From Thermoplasma sp. Kam2015 (GTDB lineage: Archaea > Thermoplasmatota > Thermoplasmata > Thermoplasmatales > Thermoplasmataceae), in contig NZ_QJSM01000036.1 in the NCBI RefSeq assembly GCF_003205235.1, positions 19,432 through 83,431 on the forward strand: a stretch of 64,000 bases of DNA. Direction: 5' to 3'. The translations under genes were made by a program, and so were the position numbers. This document shows, one piece after another, positions 30,737-42,309 of the stretch. Numbering within the stretch: position 1 is the first letter of the stretch; every line of letters begins with the position of its first letter. The notes below the pieces were generated by a model. It saw nothing but the letters and a program-made list of their open reading frames with translations. It made no database searches and was not told the origin of the DNA.

Positions 30737-31324
30737 TCAAAGATTCATATTGGACATATCCATAAATTGCCATTGCGGATATTGTGAATAGACTTTCATT
30801 CGAACTAAATTCCAATCGTCTCTGCTGGCAGGCACTGGATTCATAATGCTGGAGGGTCTTCCTCTTGACATTGCGTATCCCCATTTGAAGCCTGCTAATG
30901 GTATGATCATCCTATATTCTTCAGTGTTTGATAGTGCCAGAGGACAAAGAAAGGTATATGCGTTCCATCTTATGATACGTGGATCATTCATGCTAGGTGC
31001 ATCATAAAATTCTGGTTTATATCCATAATAACAGAATGGATTTGAGAATTCCTGGAATTGTTTTGCAATGTCAACTGAAAAATCGGTCTCACCACCGCCC
31101 ACATCGTGCGATATTACTTGGAACCATCCAAACATGGCCTCATAGCCAGGGCCTTCAAATACAATATCTGAATGTATTACTGGAAATCCCTTGACCATAT
31201 CATCGGTAAATCTCTTATCTATTGCAGAGAATCCTGAAGAGAGGACGCCATGATTCTTCTTAATCATAACTCTTAAACACACAGCATATCCATGATGTGT
31301 GAATTCGATCCTAATACCGTTCAA
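30737..31324 (-). CDS. hypothetical protein (195 aa, aromatic-rich)
   Basis: A long ORF of normal coding composition with many Trp/Tyr/Phe. No family recognised. Confidence 0.45.
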   Translation of the reverse strand: MNGIRIEFTHHGYAVCLRVMIKKNHGVLSSGFSAIDKRFTDDMVKGFPVIHSDIVFEGPGYEAMFGWFQVISHDVGGGETDFSVDIAKQFQEFSNPFCYYGYKPEFYDAPSMNDPRIIRWNAYTFLCPLALSNTEEYRMIIPLAGFKWGYAMSRGRPSSIMNPVPASRDDWNLVRMKVYSQYPQWQFMDMSNMNL

Positions 31325-31401
31325 TTTTCATGATGACATAATATTATATCTCCTTCTTGGTTTCATTACTTTACTGCTTTCTCCTCTCAACGAATTATTT
31401 A

Positions 31402-31474
<73 letters not shown>

Positions 31475-31588
31475 TTAACGTCTGAATAATAAATGTATTA
31501 ATAAATTTGAGCCTGGGCATACTATGAATGTTTATATTATCTTTGAAAAATTACGAAAGTCTATATATTACATTTAATATACTAACAC

Positions 31589-32413
31589 ATGACCGGATTA
31601 GACATATTACTGATCATAATAATCATAATAGCATTGATAATACTCCTTTCCGGAATTCATGTCCTCAAGGAGTGGGAAAGAGCCATAGTTTTGACTCTGG
31701 GCAGGTATACAGGTATCAGGGGCCCGGGGATAATATTCATAACGCCCATAGTCAGTAAAGGAATGTATGTTTCAACCCGTATTCAGCCTGTTCAGTTTAA
31801 GACGGAGGCAACGTTTACCAGAGATAATGTGCCTGTAAATGTAGATGCAATAATGTACTATCAGGTGGTCGATCCGCAGAAGGCTGTGCTGAACATAGAG
31901 AACTATTCAGTGGGTACAAATTATGCTGCGCAGACCACTCTTAGGGAGGTCATAGGAAAGTCCATGTTCGATGAACTTCTGTCTGAGAGGGAAAAGATAG
32001 GTGAAACGGCCAGAGAGATCATAGATCAGAAGACTGAGGCCTGGGGCGTCAAGGTCGCATCGGTTGAGATCAGGGACGTGCTCGTCCCATCGCAGCTTCA
32101 GGAGGCCATGTCCAGACAGGCTTCTGCCGAGAGGGAACGCAGATCAAGAGTTACGCTTGCTCAGGCTGAGGTGGAGGCAGCGCAGAAGATGGTTGAGGCT
32201 TCTCGCCAATATGTGGAAAATCCGATAGGGCTTCAGTTGAGGTGGATGCAGATCATATACGAGGTTGGCCTCGAGGGTAAATCATCCATGATCATGGTGC
32301 CTTCGGAGGTTCCGGTTGCTGGTTCCACGTTTTCAATGTTCGGCATCAACGACGTGTTGAAAAGCCGGACTCATATAACAGCCGGACAAGATCAAGAATC
32401 TCAGAAACAGTGA
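31589..32413 (+). CDS. SPFH/band-7 (stomatin/prohibitin-like) membrane protein
   Basis: 274 aa with an N-terminal TM helix, an SPFH core, and a coiled-coil region (ERERRSRVTLAQAEVEAAQKM). Confidence 0.85.
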   Translation: MTGLDILLIIIIIIALIILLSGIHVLKEWERAIVLTLGRYTGIRGPGIIFITPIVSKGMYVSTRIQPVQFKTEATFTRDNVPVNVDAIMYYQVVDPQKAVLNIENYSVGTNYAAQTTLREVIGKSMFDELLSEREKIGETAREIIDQKTEAWGVKVASVEIRDVLVPSQLQEAMSRQASAERERRSRVTLAQAEVEAAQKMVEASRQYVENPIGLQLRWMQIIYEVGLEGKSSMIMVPSEVPVAGSTFSMFGINDVLKSRTHITAGQDQESQKQ

Positions 32414-33065
32414 GATTTGATGGTCTCTTATCTCCCATTCCAGGCGGATAAACATCAAAAATATTCGATAATTTTTTCCTCTTCTTTGAGAACATTTCTA
32501 TAAGAACACCGTCCAGAAAGTCCATTGGATATGGCTCTTCGTATTTTTTCTTTTCCAGTACGAGTATGGCAGAATCCACTTCCGGCTGTGGATTGAAATT
32601 TCTCTTGCTTACATATCTCTTCAGTTCGATCCTGTATCTGACATAAGCGTTGACATAGAGTCTTGACATGTCGTCAGGCAATGCTATCTTTTCAGCGAAT
32701 TCCTTCTGCACCATTATGACTGATCTTTTAAAGTTGAATTCATAGATCTTGAATATTATCGGTGAAGATATGCTGTATGGGATGTTGCCGATTATGTAGT
32801 CGTAGGATCCAGGGGCCATATCAAGAAAATCCATATTTATCAGATTCAGATTGTTTGCCTTTAGAGCCTGCAGTTCGCCGTATATATAACGATCCTTCTC
32901 CACGGCCGTGACGTTAAACCCACGTTCAACCAAAATCTTGGTCAGTACGCCATGACCTGGGCCTATCTCAAGAACCGTTCCGGGTTCTCCAAGCAGATCA
33001 ACCTCATAGCTGGCGATACGCCTGCTCTGCAGGAAGACCTGCCCCATCCTTTTGCTGTACCTCAT
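32346..33065 (-). CDS. ksgA: 16S rRNA (adenine1518/1519-N6)-dimethyltransferase KsgA/Dim1
   Basis: 239 aa with a SAM-binding motif (VLEIGPGHGVLT) and the catalytic NIPY motif. Confidence 0.9.
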   Translation of the reverse strand: MRYSKRMGQVFLQSRRIASYEVDLLGEPGTVLEIGPGHGVLTKILVERGFNVTAVEKDRYIYGELQALKANNLNLINMDFLDMAPGSYDYIIGNIPYSISSPIIFKIYEFNFKRSVIMVQKEFAEKIALPDDMSRLYVNAYVRYRIELKRYVSKRNFNPQPEVDSAILVLEKKKYEEPYPMDFLDGVLIEMFSKKRKKLSNIFDVYPPGMGDKRPSNLTVSEILDLVRLLYESGFSTRR

Positions 33066-33610
33066 TTTGCAACAAAGAGCTTGTATTTTTCGAATCTATC
33101 CTTCAGCTCATCGATGATCCTGTTCACGATCATCTTCTGTGGATTGTGGATGCTCTTCACCCTTTCTGTGAGATCGGCAAATGAAGTAAAAGGTTTCTTT
33201 TTTCTTTCTTCGAGTATTGCCCACATCGTCTTATTACCCAGACCGGGTAAAAGCTCAAGACTATGAAGCCTGGCATTGATAGGCTCCGCCTTGTTGAAAA
33301 ACTCTATGAACCTGCCCTCCTGCTTCGAGACTATATCCTCAAGCACATAGGGCAGTTCGCTCTGCGCGGCGCTCGTGAGGTCCTTATACATTATGCGCCT
33401 TCTGACAGAGAGTATCTTTTTCCTCATCTCAGGATTCTTGCCAATGTAAACCTTCTCGCCCACAGTTATGATCTCGTTTGGTTTTGGGATCAGCTCTAGA
33501 AGTTTGAATTCTGTCTCACCTATGGCGAGAACAACAGGGCTGGATCTGTATGACCTGTCATCAGGTCTACCCTGAGGTAAATAATCCAGAACATATGCAT
33601 ACTCTTCCAA
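33062..33610 (-). CDS. DUF655 (COG1491) OB-fold/HhH nucleic-acid-binding protein
   Basis: 182 aa in the conserved archaeal rpoF-DUF655-ksgA arrangement, with a 4-nt overlap to ksgA. Confidence 0.7.
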   Translation of the reverse strand: MEEYAYVLDYLPQGRPDDRSYRSSPVVLAIGETEFKLLELIPKPNEIITVGEKVYIGKNPEMRKKILSVRRRIMYKDLTSAAQSELPYVLEDIVSKQEGRFIEFFNKAEPINARLHSLELLPGLGNKTMWAILEERKKKPFTSFADLTERVKSIHNPQKMIVNRIIDELKDRFEKYKLFVAK

Positions 33611-33623
33611 AAGATCACTCCCT

Positions 33624-33941
33624 TCAGAACCTTAGCTTCTTAAGGTAGTCGGTAAGGGCATTTAAATTTTCGTCGGTTATCATCACGCCATAGGTCGACA
33701 GAATGGCGGTGAGTTCGCCGGGAGTTTCCGGCTTCAGGTCAAGAATCTTCACCAAAGCCTTCTCAGGAATATCCACTATCGATAGAATATCCTCTTTGAC
33801 CTTCTTTACCTCCTTCGGATCTATTTTGGCAAATTTTTCCGCATAGCTCAAATTTTCCTTTTCGAGATCCGTAAGTCCTTCCCTACTCGATAAAAGGTCT
33901 ATTACCTCAGGTATGCTGATGTATCTCTTCTCCATGATCAT
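33624..33941 (-). CDS. rpoF: DNA-directed RNA polymerase subunit F (Rpo4/RpoF)
   Basis: 105 aa at the conserved position between eL21 and DUF655, with Rpb4-like helical composition. Confidence 0.7.
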   Translation of the reverse strand: MIMEKRYISIPEVIDLLSSREGLTDLEKENLSYAEKFAKIDPKEVKKVKEDILSIVDIPEKALVKILDLKPETPGELTAILSTYGVMITDENLNALTDYLKKLRF

Positions 33942-34234
33942 CCTTTAATCTTTTTGAGGTGAACCGGCGAAGCAATCACATATTTTGTAAGGCTGTCTAC
34001 CTTCACCGCAACCTTGTAGCAATCACCCTGTTCTCCCTCAACGATACCGGTGTATCCCTGGAACCTGTGGTATGGCATACCAGAATGAACGGATGGCTCT
34101 ATATCTATTGCTACGCGATCACCGGGTTCGAATTCCTGCATGAACCTACCGATCAGTGATCTTTTCCTTTCTTCTGCCGATCTTGTCAGCTTCCTTCGTG
34201 ATCCGGATCTCGGACCATGCGACATCTTAACCAT
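33938..34234 (-). CDS. rpl21e: 50S ribosomal protein eL21
   Basis: 98 aa with eL21 signatures ([12 protein letters not shown]...[11 protein letters not shown]). Confidence 0.85.
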   Translation of the reverse strand: MVKMSHGPRSGSRRKLTRSAEERKRSLIGRFMQEFEPGDRVAIDIEPSVHSGMPYHRFQGYTGIVEGEQGDCYKVAVKVDSLTKYVIASPVHLKKIKG

Positions 34235-35403
34235 TAATCTTCACCTCTGCAGATCTTTATCACATCCAGCTCCTTCACATTCAGCGGCGCACCGTACATC
34301 TCGCTCAAAGACGGCTTTGTTCGCCCATCATCCCCGCTCACGAGTTCCTTGATATACGTTCCGGCATCAGCCGAAATGATTATCTCCGCTTCATTTCCAG
34401 ATACTCCAACGAGATCGATGCTATCTATGCGTCTTGTCCTTATCAGATCAGATCTGCGCTGGGCAACTCTTAATGGTGTTCTCTGATAAATATTTTTTCC
34501 GTTGAGTTCGGCGCATGCCTTTCTGATCCTCTCTTCATCTATTAAACCGTCGGAAACGATGAGTGCATCATACACCTTTTTGTGATTTTCAAGTTTTATT
34601 CTTGAAACTGTATCCTTGTCGGAGAATGAAAGATCGAATATTTCTATACCCCTATGGTACTCATTCACTTCTCTGGCCACCTGATCCAGATCAAATTCCC
34701 TTCGTGCTGGATTCTCCAGTTCAAGCACAAATTCTCTCCCGTTTCCAAGCATCCTGACGTCCACATCCTCCCTTCCAGATCCATGGAGATAATAATTTGT
34801 GCCTCCGGAATGCCTGATCATGACGGAACCTATGATGCTCTCCACAGTATCGCCGTCTGGTCTGTGTATCCATCTGGTCTGTGGCATATCCCTCCTGAAC
34901 TTCCTGTATTTTCCATATACGTAAATGCTTCTCAGCTTTATCTCCACAAAGAGATACTCTGCATTGACAAGGATAGAGAGATCAGGATCGTCCTGCCTGT
35001 ATTCCGTGCCTGTCTTCATCGAGAAAAACTTGCCGAACTCCCTGTTGAATTCCTTCTTTATGCTTTCGCCAGACGAACCGAATTTCCTCTGCATCTCTTC
35101 TTCCATCATCATAGTATCTTCAGGGAATACCGATCCGACGAGAAAGGTGCTGAACTGTGCATCGCCCACCTTTTTCATCACAAGACTGTAAATATCATCA
35201 AATTTTTTAAAAATACCATGGCATAATTTGCATTTATCTTCGTCGCAGAAAGAAAAATCAGGATTTCCAAGTTCGCAGCCAATCGCAAACTGCAGATAAC
35301 GGCCTCTTTCCACGTTTGTCAGGCCATGCCCATGGTAGGCGAAGATCCTACCAGCGCATCTGCTGCAGATATTATAGCTGGCCAGTTCCGCGAGATGGAA
35401 CAT
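34234..35403 (-). CDS. pus10: tRNA pseudouridine(54/55) synthase Pus10
   Basis: 389 aa with an N-terminal Zn-ribbon (CSRCAGR...CKLCHG) and a C-terminal Pus10 catalytic domain, in the conserved exosome-superoperon position. Confidence 0.8.
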   Translation of the reverse strand: MFHLAELASYNICSRCAGRIFAYHGHGLTNVERGRYLQFAIGCELGNPDFSFCDEDKCKLCHGIFKKFDDIYSLVMKKVGDAQFSTFLVGSVFPEDTMMMEEEMQRKFGSSGESIKKEFNREFGKFFSMKTGTEYRQDDPDLSILVNAEYLFVEIKLRSIYVYGKYRKFRRDMPQTRWIHRPDGDTVESIIGSVMIRHSGGTNYYLHGSGREDVDVRMLGNGREFVLELENPARREFDLDQVAREVNEYHRGIEIFDLSFSDKDTVSRIKLENHKKVYDALIVSDGLIDEERIRKACAELNGKNIYQRTPLRVAQRRSDLIRTRRIDSIDLVGVSGNEAEIIISADAGTYIKELVSGDDGRTKPSLSEMYGAPLNVKELDVIKICRGED

Positions 35404-35406
35404 GGT

Positions 35407-35544
35407 CTATCTTGCTTTTATCGTCTTTTCGATGCTGGGCCTCTCCTTAACGAAAACCCTGGATCCGCATTCACACTCGATCTCAGCCGATCCCATGGTT
35501 TTTTCCAGAGGCCTGCCGCATCTGACACATTTATACTCGGTCAT
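35407..35544 (-). CDS. rpoP: DNA-directed RNA polymerase subunit P (Rpo12/RpoP), 45 aa
   Basis: Absent from the ORF track. Manual translation gives [45 protein letters not shown], a CxxC...CxC zinc ribbon. Its ATG overlaps the eL37ae stop (ATGA), matching the conserved rpl37ae-rpoP pair. Confidence 0.8.
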   Translation of the reverse strand: MTEYKCVRCGRPLEKTMGSAEIECECGSRVFVKERPSIEKTIKAR

Positions 35545-35792
35545 CCCTCTACCACTTTTATCTCATAGGCCGGTGTATAGGATCCGCCGGCAAACTTATA
35601 ACCGCAGTGCCTGCACTGCCATATACCGGATGCAACGCGTTTGACCCTCTTCTTCTTGCAGGATGGGCAGGTGTAAACTGCAATCTTCTGCTTGTATATC
35701 TCGCTCCATTCCTTTCTTATCGTCACACCGTATCTTGGCCCGAATCTTCCTGCGACGCCTACCTTGACCGTTCTCTTTGACATGATCATCAC
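35541..35792 (-). CDS. rpl37ae: 50S ribosomal protein eL37ae
   Basis: 83 aa with a C4 zinc finger (CPSCKKK...CRHCGYKF). Confidence 0.9.
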   Translation of the reverse strand: MMIMSKRTVKVGVAGRFGPRYGVTIRKEWSEIYKQKIAVYTCPSCKKKRVKRVASGIWQCRHCGYKFAGGSYTPAYEIKVVEG

Positions 35793-36577
35793 CTGAAGTA
35801 TTTCTCCCTCAATTTTTTACCAACTTCGAGAGACATCTTGACAGCTTTTTTAACATCTTCGACAGTGAAAGCTCCTATTTCACCTTTTTGCATCGCCCTT
35901 ATATGGTTGTCCTCGGTCGTGGTGACAGTTATCCTGCCACCGCATATCTGGTCCTCTTCCAAACTAGGATCGCAGACAAGCGTATCACCTATTTTTACCA
36001 TCGTTACGGATATGGGGATATTCGACACAGGTAGCTTGAAGTCCTCGCCGCCCTCCTTAGATGCTGGAACCACTGCGTTGCGCAGAGCTGCCACCGCTGC
36101 GATCGTGCTCGCATCGATCAGGTTCCCGTCATAGTCCAGGACGTTTATGTCCAGAAAGACTATCCACACCTTCTTGCCCTCCTCTATCACCAGCTTATCT
36201 GGGCTTATCATCTTGCTTTCCCTTATTCCCCTGTCAACGACCCTGGAGACCTCTATGGCCAGGTCGTTTGGAGGGCCGGCTTCAAAGCTTGGGAAGGCTA
36301 TGGGTAGAAGCTCAACGTTCGTGGTGAGCACACCCTGATCCGGTGTATCAGGGAATGGCTCTCCTGATTCTATCTTTACTCCCGCCACAACGCGTGTATT
36401 TCCCAGTGCCACATATGCAGATCCGTTGGCTCTGGGTATATAATTCTCTATGATCGTCAGTTCTCTGAACTCATCCGGCAACCTTCCATCGATCCTCTTG
36501 CCGCCCTTCATGGTGCTGAGTATGTAGTTCTTTCTTATCTCCGACAGGATTTCAGCTGATTCCTTAACCATAATCAC
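35789..36577 (-). CDS. rrp42: exosome complex component Rrp42
   Basis: 262 aa, RNase PH-like and catalytically inactive type. It sits downstream of rrp41. Confidence 0.85.
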   Translation of the reverse strand: MIMVKESAEILSEIRKNYILSTMKGGKRIDGRLPDEFRELTIIENYIPRANGSAYVALGNTRVVAGVKIESGEPFPDTPDQGVLTTNVELLPIAFPSFEAGPPNDLAIEVSRVVDRGIRESKMISPDKLVIEEGKKVWIVFLDINVLDYDGNLIDASTIAAVAALRNAVVPASKEGGEDFKLPVSNIPISVTMVKIGDTLVCDPSLEEDQICGGRITVTTTEDNHIRAMQKGEIGAFTVEDVKKAVKMSLEVGKKLREKYFR

Positions 36578-37320
36578 TCACCTTCTCCTATATCCTGTAT
36601 CTTATACTTGTTGAGCAGTGCCTCTCTCTGAAGCTGAGATATTCTCTTGGTTGCCTCGAATATCATATCCATGGCCTGGTACAGTTCATCCTCTGTGACA
36701 TCCCCATCCATCTGCATAAGGACAATCTCCCCTGTCTTTGGCATTATGGCTATGGGTATATCAGCCTCTCCAAAGTTATCCTCCTCCTTTGAGAGATCCA
36801 GGACCATGTGACCGTCAACCTTTCCGGCTGTGCATCCAACAACCATATCCCGCATGGGTACTCCAGCATCGGCAAGAGCCACCGTTGCAGCTGTGAGGCC
36901 TGCTATCCTTGTACCGGCATCTGCCTGAAGCACTTCGATGTACACATCTATCTCAGCTCTTGGAAACTGCTCAATCATTATTGCAGAGCTGAGCGCCTCT
37001 GATATCACCTTCGATATCTCCATAGTTCTCCTATCTGGGCCGGGCCTCTTCCTCTCGTCAACGGAAAAAGCCGCCATGTTATACCTAGCCTTGACTATGG
37101 CGTGATCTATATCCTGCGAGTGCTTCGGATAGGCCTCTTTTGGACCGTATACACCAACCATTATCTTATTTCCTCCCCACTCTATGTAAGCAGATCCATC
37201 TGCCCTGTTTAGGATTCCAGCCTGTATCTTTATGGGACGCAGCTCGTTAAAGGATCTGCCGTCCAATCTCAGATTATCTTCATTGATCAGCTTTATCTTG
37301 TTGGCTTCCATTCTTTTCAC
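36574..37320 (-). CDS. rrp41: exosome complex exonuclease Rrp41
   Basis: 248 aa with RNase PH-domain motifs ([10 protein letters not shown]...[10 protein letters not shown]). Confidence 0.85.
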   Translation of the reverse strand: MKRMEANKIKLINEDNLRLDGRSFNELRPIKIQAGILNRADGSAYIEWGGNKIMVGVYGPKEAYPKHSQDIDHAIVKARYNMAAFSVDERKRPGPDRRTMEISKVISEALSSAIMIEQFPRAEIDVYIEVLQADAGTRIAGLTAATVALADAGVPMRDMVVGCTAGKVDGHMVLDLSKEEDNFGEADIPIAIMPKTGEIVLMQMDGDVTEDELYQAMDMIFEATKRISQLQREALLNKYKIQDIGEGE

Positions 37321-37981
37321 CTTTCAGTTCCTTCAAAAAACTCTCTACACGTGCAGTGAGACCTTCAGTATGGGCCTCTCTTTCTATCATCTCTATTGCG
37401 GCTATGGCCATCGTCACGCCCTCTATGGGACCATCGATCCATATGAGCCCATTCTGCCCGATTATTATGCGCGTGGCTGTAAGCTCCTTTACCATGTTCA
37501 CCATGCCGCCACCTTTTCCTATGACTCTGGGCACGCGCGAGGCATGTATTAGAACCATGTGCCCACCTTCAAGTTTCTTCAGACCAGGCTCCTTAAGGGT
37601 AAGCCAGCTTTCCTTGATCTCGTTGACACTCATTATTTTGGCATAGATGTAATCGCCTGAGTTCAGATATCTCTTCAGATCCCCCGAGGACATACGCCAA
37701 GGCGTGTCGTTCATGTGAAGCATGGCAAAGTAGGGCGAATTTATATCGACGGTCCATGTGGATGGCCCGACCTCTATAACCTTGCCTATTACCTTATCGC
37801 CCTTCCTGGGGATATACTGTCCCGAGAACGGCACGACGTCCACAAACTGTTCATTGACCTGAAGTGTTCCGAAATACTCGGAATAATACCTGTTGTCCTG
37901 CCCCCTGTATACTCCGTTTCTCATCTTCCCCTGAACATCGATCGGATCTCCGGGCAGCACTATTTTTTTAACGTCTCCCAA
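37280..37981 (-). CDS. rrp4: exosome complex RNA-binding protein Rrp4 (S1+KH)
   Basis: 233 aa with N-terminal, S1 and KH domains (KH GXXG loop: [12 protein letters not shown]). Confidence 0.85.
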   Translation of the reverse strand: MGDVKKIVLPGDPIDVQGKMRNGVYRGQDNRYYSEYFGTLQVNEQFVDVVPFSGQYIPRKGDKVIGKVIEVGPSTWTVDINSPYFAMLHMNDTPWRMSSGDLKRYLNSGDYIYAKIMSVNEIKESWLTLKEPGLKKLEGGHMVLIHASRVPRVIGKGGGMVNMVKELTATRIIIGQNGLIWIDGPIEGVTMAIAAIEMIEREAHTEGLTARVESFLKELKGEKNGSQQDKADQ

Positions 37982-38040
37982 TTAGTACACCTTCTCTTTA
38001 GTTTTGAAACTCTATTGTAATTTTCATAATATACTTTCGT

Positions 38041-38736
38041 TTATTGTTTTATGATCTTTATCTGTACCTTATCTCCTCCTCTCCGGGATAGGTTCTCTAT
38101 TATATCACCCTGTATTCCAGCCGGAACCTCAAGTACGCCCATCCACGAGCCATCCTTGCCCCATTCCTCCTTGACTATGTAGCCTGATTTTGCAAGTTCT
38201 CCATACAGTTTGCCGTAGGCATCGCCTATAAGCCTGACAGCTATTTTTGCCTTTTCGAGCCTGATCGGAATGATGGGCATTATGGCCTTCAAAACACCCT
38301 GAACCTGTTCCTCGGCAGGTTTGAATGGATCTATCTTGACCTTTGCCTCATCCATCGCCTGCGATATTCTGTACGGTGTATGTGGTGTATTGGTCTGTGG
38401 ATTTATGCCTTCACGCGCTATCAGGTTAACGATCTGTTTCCGACGCTCATCGTACATCTCTCTCCTCTGCTCAGTGGTCAGCTGTATCTGTCCCTTCTTG
38501 ACTATCTCGATAGCCACCTGCGCTATGTCAGTGGTTTTGAACGCCTCTTTAAGGGATTCTTCGCTTGCCTTTTCACCCTTTCTGACATCCTTGTATACTT
38601 CAGGGAATGCAAGATCGTTCTCTATGTCAATATTGCCTTTTCTAATACGTTCTATCGCATCCGGATCGACAAGAATCTCAAAATGGTATCCATGCGACTC
38701 AAGACGGGCTACGATGGCGTCTTCAACCTTAACCAT
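38041..38736 (-). CDS. sdo1: SBDS-family ribosome maturation protein (Shwachman-Bodian-Diamond homologue)
   Basis: 231 aa, between psmA and rrp4 as in the conserved archaeal exosome superoperon. Confidence 0.8.
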   Translation of the reverse strand: MVKVEDAIVARLESHGYHFEILVDPDAIERIRKGNIDIENDLAFPEVYKDVRKGEKASEESLKEAFKTTDIAQVAIEIVKKGQIQLTTEQRREMYDERRKQIVNLIAREGINPQTNTPHTPYRISQAMDEAKVKIDPFKPAEEQVQGVLKAIMPIIPIRLEKAKIAVRLIGDAYGKLYGELAKSGYIVKEEWGKDGSWMGVLEVPAGIQGDIIENLSRRGGDKVQIKIIKQ

Positions 38737-38773
38737 GCTTGGTGAATTCCTTTAAAAATAAAAATATATCACA

Positions 38774-39574
<801 letters not shown>

Positions 39575-39603
39575 TCAAATATTTTTATATTCAGCGGAAA
39601 TCA

Positions 39604-40978
39604 CATGTTGATGTTTGACGAACTCGACTCTCGCAGAATCACACTCTTCCAAATAAAGAGCGTCATTGTAAGCGGAATAGGCATATTTTCTGATTCATAC
39701 AATCTCTATGCCATCTCGCTTATATACTATCTTGTCTCAGCATCGCTAAGGCTCAACCCCATTCAGGCCTCCTTCATGACATCCGCATCGTTCATCGGTG
39801 CTGCATTAGGCGCCTTTCTGTTTGGCTTTATTGCAGATAGGATCGGCAGGAAGCCAATGTACGGCATTGATCTTGCGTTCATAGTCGCTGGTTCCTTTCT
39901 GCAGATTTTCACCACTAACTTCTACGAACTTGTCATATTTCGATCAATACTGGGTTTTGGAATAGGCGGAGACTATGTGCTTTCTCCCGTGATTATGGCC
40001 GAAAACGCTGATACAAGGGATCGCGGCAAGCTCATGATAATGACTTTCCCCATAATGGCGGCTTTCGGGGCCATGCTGGTGGCATTTGTTGATCAGATCT
40101 CATTAATGTACATGCCGCCGGATATGGTCTGGCACTTCGTCCTTGCCTTCGGCGGAGTTCCTGCGCTTCTCGTCATTTATCTAAGAAGAAAGATCCCAGA
40201 AACGCCAAGATTCGAAGCCAGAGTCAGAGGAAATGATGAGGAGATCGCGAGAATAGAAGCTGAAACAGGATCTTCAATAAAGGTTGATATAGACAGGAAG
40301 CCTTTTATGGCCAGGCTCCGCGCATCAATAATGCTCATAATCGTTTCTGCGGTGCTCTGGATACTATACGACATGTATTCTACTACCTTCGCCATATACG
40401 GACCTATAACGATTGCATACAATCTGGGCCTTACACCAATAACCTTCACATACTATGCTGAGATCTTTGCCGGTATACCGGGTGCAATAATATCTGCACT
40501 GCTCATAGACCGCGTTGGAAGGAGAAAACTTATCATAGTTGGTTATGCAGGCGTGTTCTTGTGGCTTCTCATGTATTCGCTCCTGCTCTCGAAGTCGTTC
40601 ATATTTTCGGCTCTGGCATCTGACGTCACAACAACGGGCCTCATAGGAAAGGCTGCCATTCTAGGCTTCACCTTCTACATAATGAACTATCTGTTTTCAG
40701 CCACCGGTCCGGCATCCATAATAGGCGGTGCCATGGTGACTCCTGAGATAACACCAACAAAGGTCAGAACAACATCTCAGGGTATGACTGTTGGCCTAGA
40801 CAGAACGGCAGACGCTATTGGTTTGACCGCTTTTCCAATACTTCTGACGAAATTCGGACTTTCTGCCATGGTCCTGGCGTATGCCATGATCGCCATACTC
40901 TCTATAATAATGATATTCATGATACCTGAAGCTGCCGGAAGAAGCCTTGAGGATGTATCAAGGGATCTTGATGCGTGA
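39604..40978 (+). CDS. MFS (major facilitator superfamily) transporter
   Basis: About 12 TM helices and MFS motifs (GFIADRIGRKPM; second-half LIDRVGRRKL). The start is assumed to be the ATG at 39604 after an AT-rich promoter. The ORF track's 5' extension runs into the psmA promoter. Confidence 0.75.
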
Positions 40979-41099
40979 TCCTCTGTATATCGGCATAAAC
41001 ATCAGGTCTCAGAAATACTTCACTAATATTCTAAACTCTTCTTTTCATATATTTGTAAAAACCCGGAGGGACTTGATTATTATTTTTGAATATAATCGG

Positions 41100-41345
41100 G
41101 GAAGGGTATCTAAGCTACCATCAGCGCTTGTTCAGAACGCAAGAGACACGACATGTGCGGCTTCGAACTCCATGCGGTTTTAAACGCCTCAAGGAACATC
41201 GAAGTGCCCGGTACATCTGGGTACTTCAGGCTGATGTCAGCCAGCCGATCGCTGCGGTTCGATGAAACTCCACTCAGGGGTGGAGGGGGGACTAGCAACA
41301 AGCTCCGAAGCTTTAGCGAGGAGTGGCTGACAATCGCTTATAAAT
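41100..41345. ncRNA. candidate structured non-coding RNA (possibly SRP 7S RNA or RNase P RNA; identity unresolved)
   Basis: A GC-rich island of about 245 nt, flanked by AT-rich DNA, in a 540-nt gene-free interval beside tRNA-Ser. The ends pair with each other: 5' TATCTAAGC/TCAGC (41107-41125) with 3' GCTGA/GCTTATA (41326-41341). Internal hairpins include an 11-bp stem (GAAGUGCCCGG-UACAU-CUGGGUACUUC, 41201-41227), GGCUGA-UG-UCAGCC (41229-41242) and CUCCAC-UCAGGG-GUGGAG (41268-41285). There is a TATA-like AATATAAT at about 41084. Confidence 0.4.
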
Positions 41346-41520
41346 ATTATATAATGCATATAAATATTTCAATCAGAGGAGCTGTACATCGCATGGCTGA
41401 AGCTGTTGGGACTTACAGCTTCCAGCAAGCTCGTAACTCCTCTTTAAAAGCGCATATCCATATCGCATTGAAACAGCAATTGAACTTTATCTTCTTGATC
41501 GGAATAATTAAAATATAAAG

Positions 41521-41601
41521 CGCCGCGGGGGAGATTCGAACTCCCGATCCACAAGGGAACCAGCTCTCAAGGCTGGCGCCGTACCGCTGGGCCACCGCGG
41601 C
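41521..41601 (-). tRNA. tRNA-Ser (anticodon TGA)
   Basis: Hand-folded. Acceptor GCCGCGG/CCGCGGC, anticodon stem CCAGC/GCTGG with loop CTTGAGA (anticodon UGA), a long variable arm (TTCCCTTGTGGATC), T-arm GGGAG-TTCGAAT-CTCCC, discriminator G. Confidence 0.85.
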
Positions 41602-41604
41602 AAA

Positions 41605-42198
41605 TTATCTTCTTAACCTGCCGTTTGACCTTATGGAAGGCCTGCTCTTGCTGGAACCCTTCCTACCAGTCCTGAGGCCTCTCACCTTGTAACCAGCAGA
41701 GGTAAGACCCCTATAAACACGACCCTTATTCTGCGGTTCAGATATCCATGATATGTGCATGTCATTGTACACGTTGGGATGGGATCTGTCGACCAGTATG
41801 ACCTCAAAGTATTTGTAAAGCCCATCCTCACCAACATAATAGGAATTCAGGACTTCCATATTCGGGTATTTGTCCGCTGCTCTCTCCTCCGCTATCAGCT
41901 TGAGGCTCTTCTTCCTCGTGAGCTTGTTGTAGGCTAATCGTCTTGGTCTCCTGCCGCCCATTATCTTTTCTCTGTTGCTTCCGCCACGCCTAACGCGTGA
42001 TCTGACAACTATGAATCCATCCTTGCTCTTGTATCCAAGAGATCTGGCACGGTCAACACGCGTCGGATGATCCACTCTGACTATGGCCGGACCATGCCTC
42101 CACTCTATCATCCTCTTCTTCTCTAAATCGTAGATTTCAGATTTCTTTAAACTTTTCCACTCGTTGCGTACAGCCTGATATAGACCAATGGATGACAT
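41605..42198 (-). CDS. rpl15e: 50S ribosomal protein eL15
   Basis: eL15 similarity ([11 protein letters not shown]...; a strongly basic C-terminus). The start is probably the second Met (MSSIGLYQ) rather than the ORF-track start. Confidence 0.85.
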   Translation of the reverse strand: MSSIGLYQAVRNEWKSLKKSEIYDLEKKRMIEWRHGPAIVRVDHPTRVDRARSLGYKSKDGFIVVRSRVRRGGSNREKIMGGRRPRRLAYNKLTRKKSLKLIAEERAADKYPNMEVLNSYYVGEDGLYKYFEVILVDRSHPNVYNDMHISWISEPQNKGRVYRGLTSAGYKVRGLRTGRKGSSKSRPSIRSNGRLRR

Positions 42199-42309
42199 TG
42201 AATTCCCCTTGACTTTACCCCTAATCAATCCGGCATTATATAAGTTTGCCCATGTTTGTTGGCAACCTACCGAAACAATTACGAACCCAATCTTATGATA
42301 TGTCCTATC

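Noticed and set aside
41153-41518. 121-aa ORF spanning the GC-rich intergenic island
   Set aside because: It has no recognisable family and an odd composition (GGGG, RS-rich), and it crosses a region with strong RNA-like secondary structure. It is more likely non-coding.
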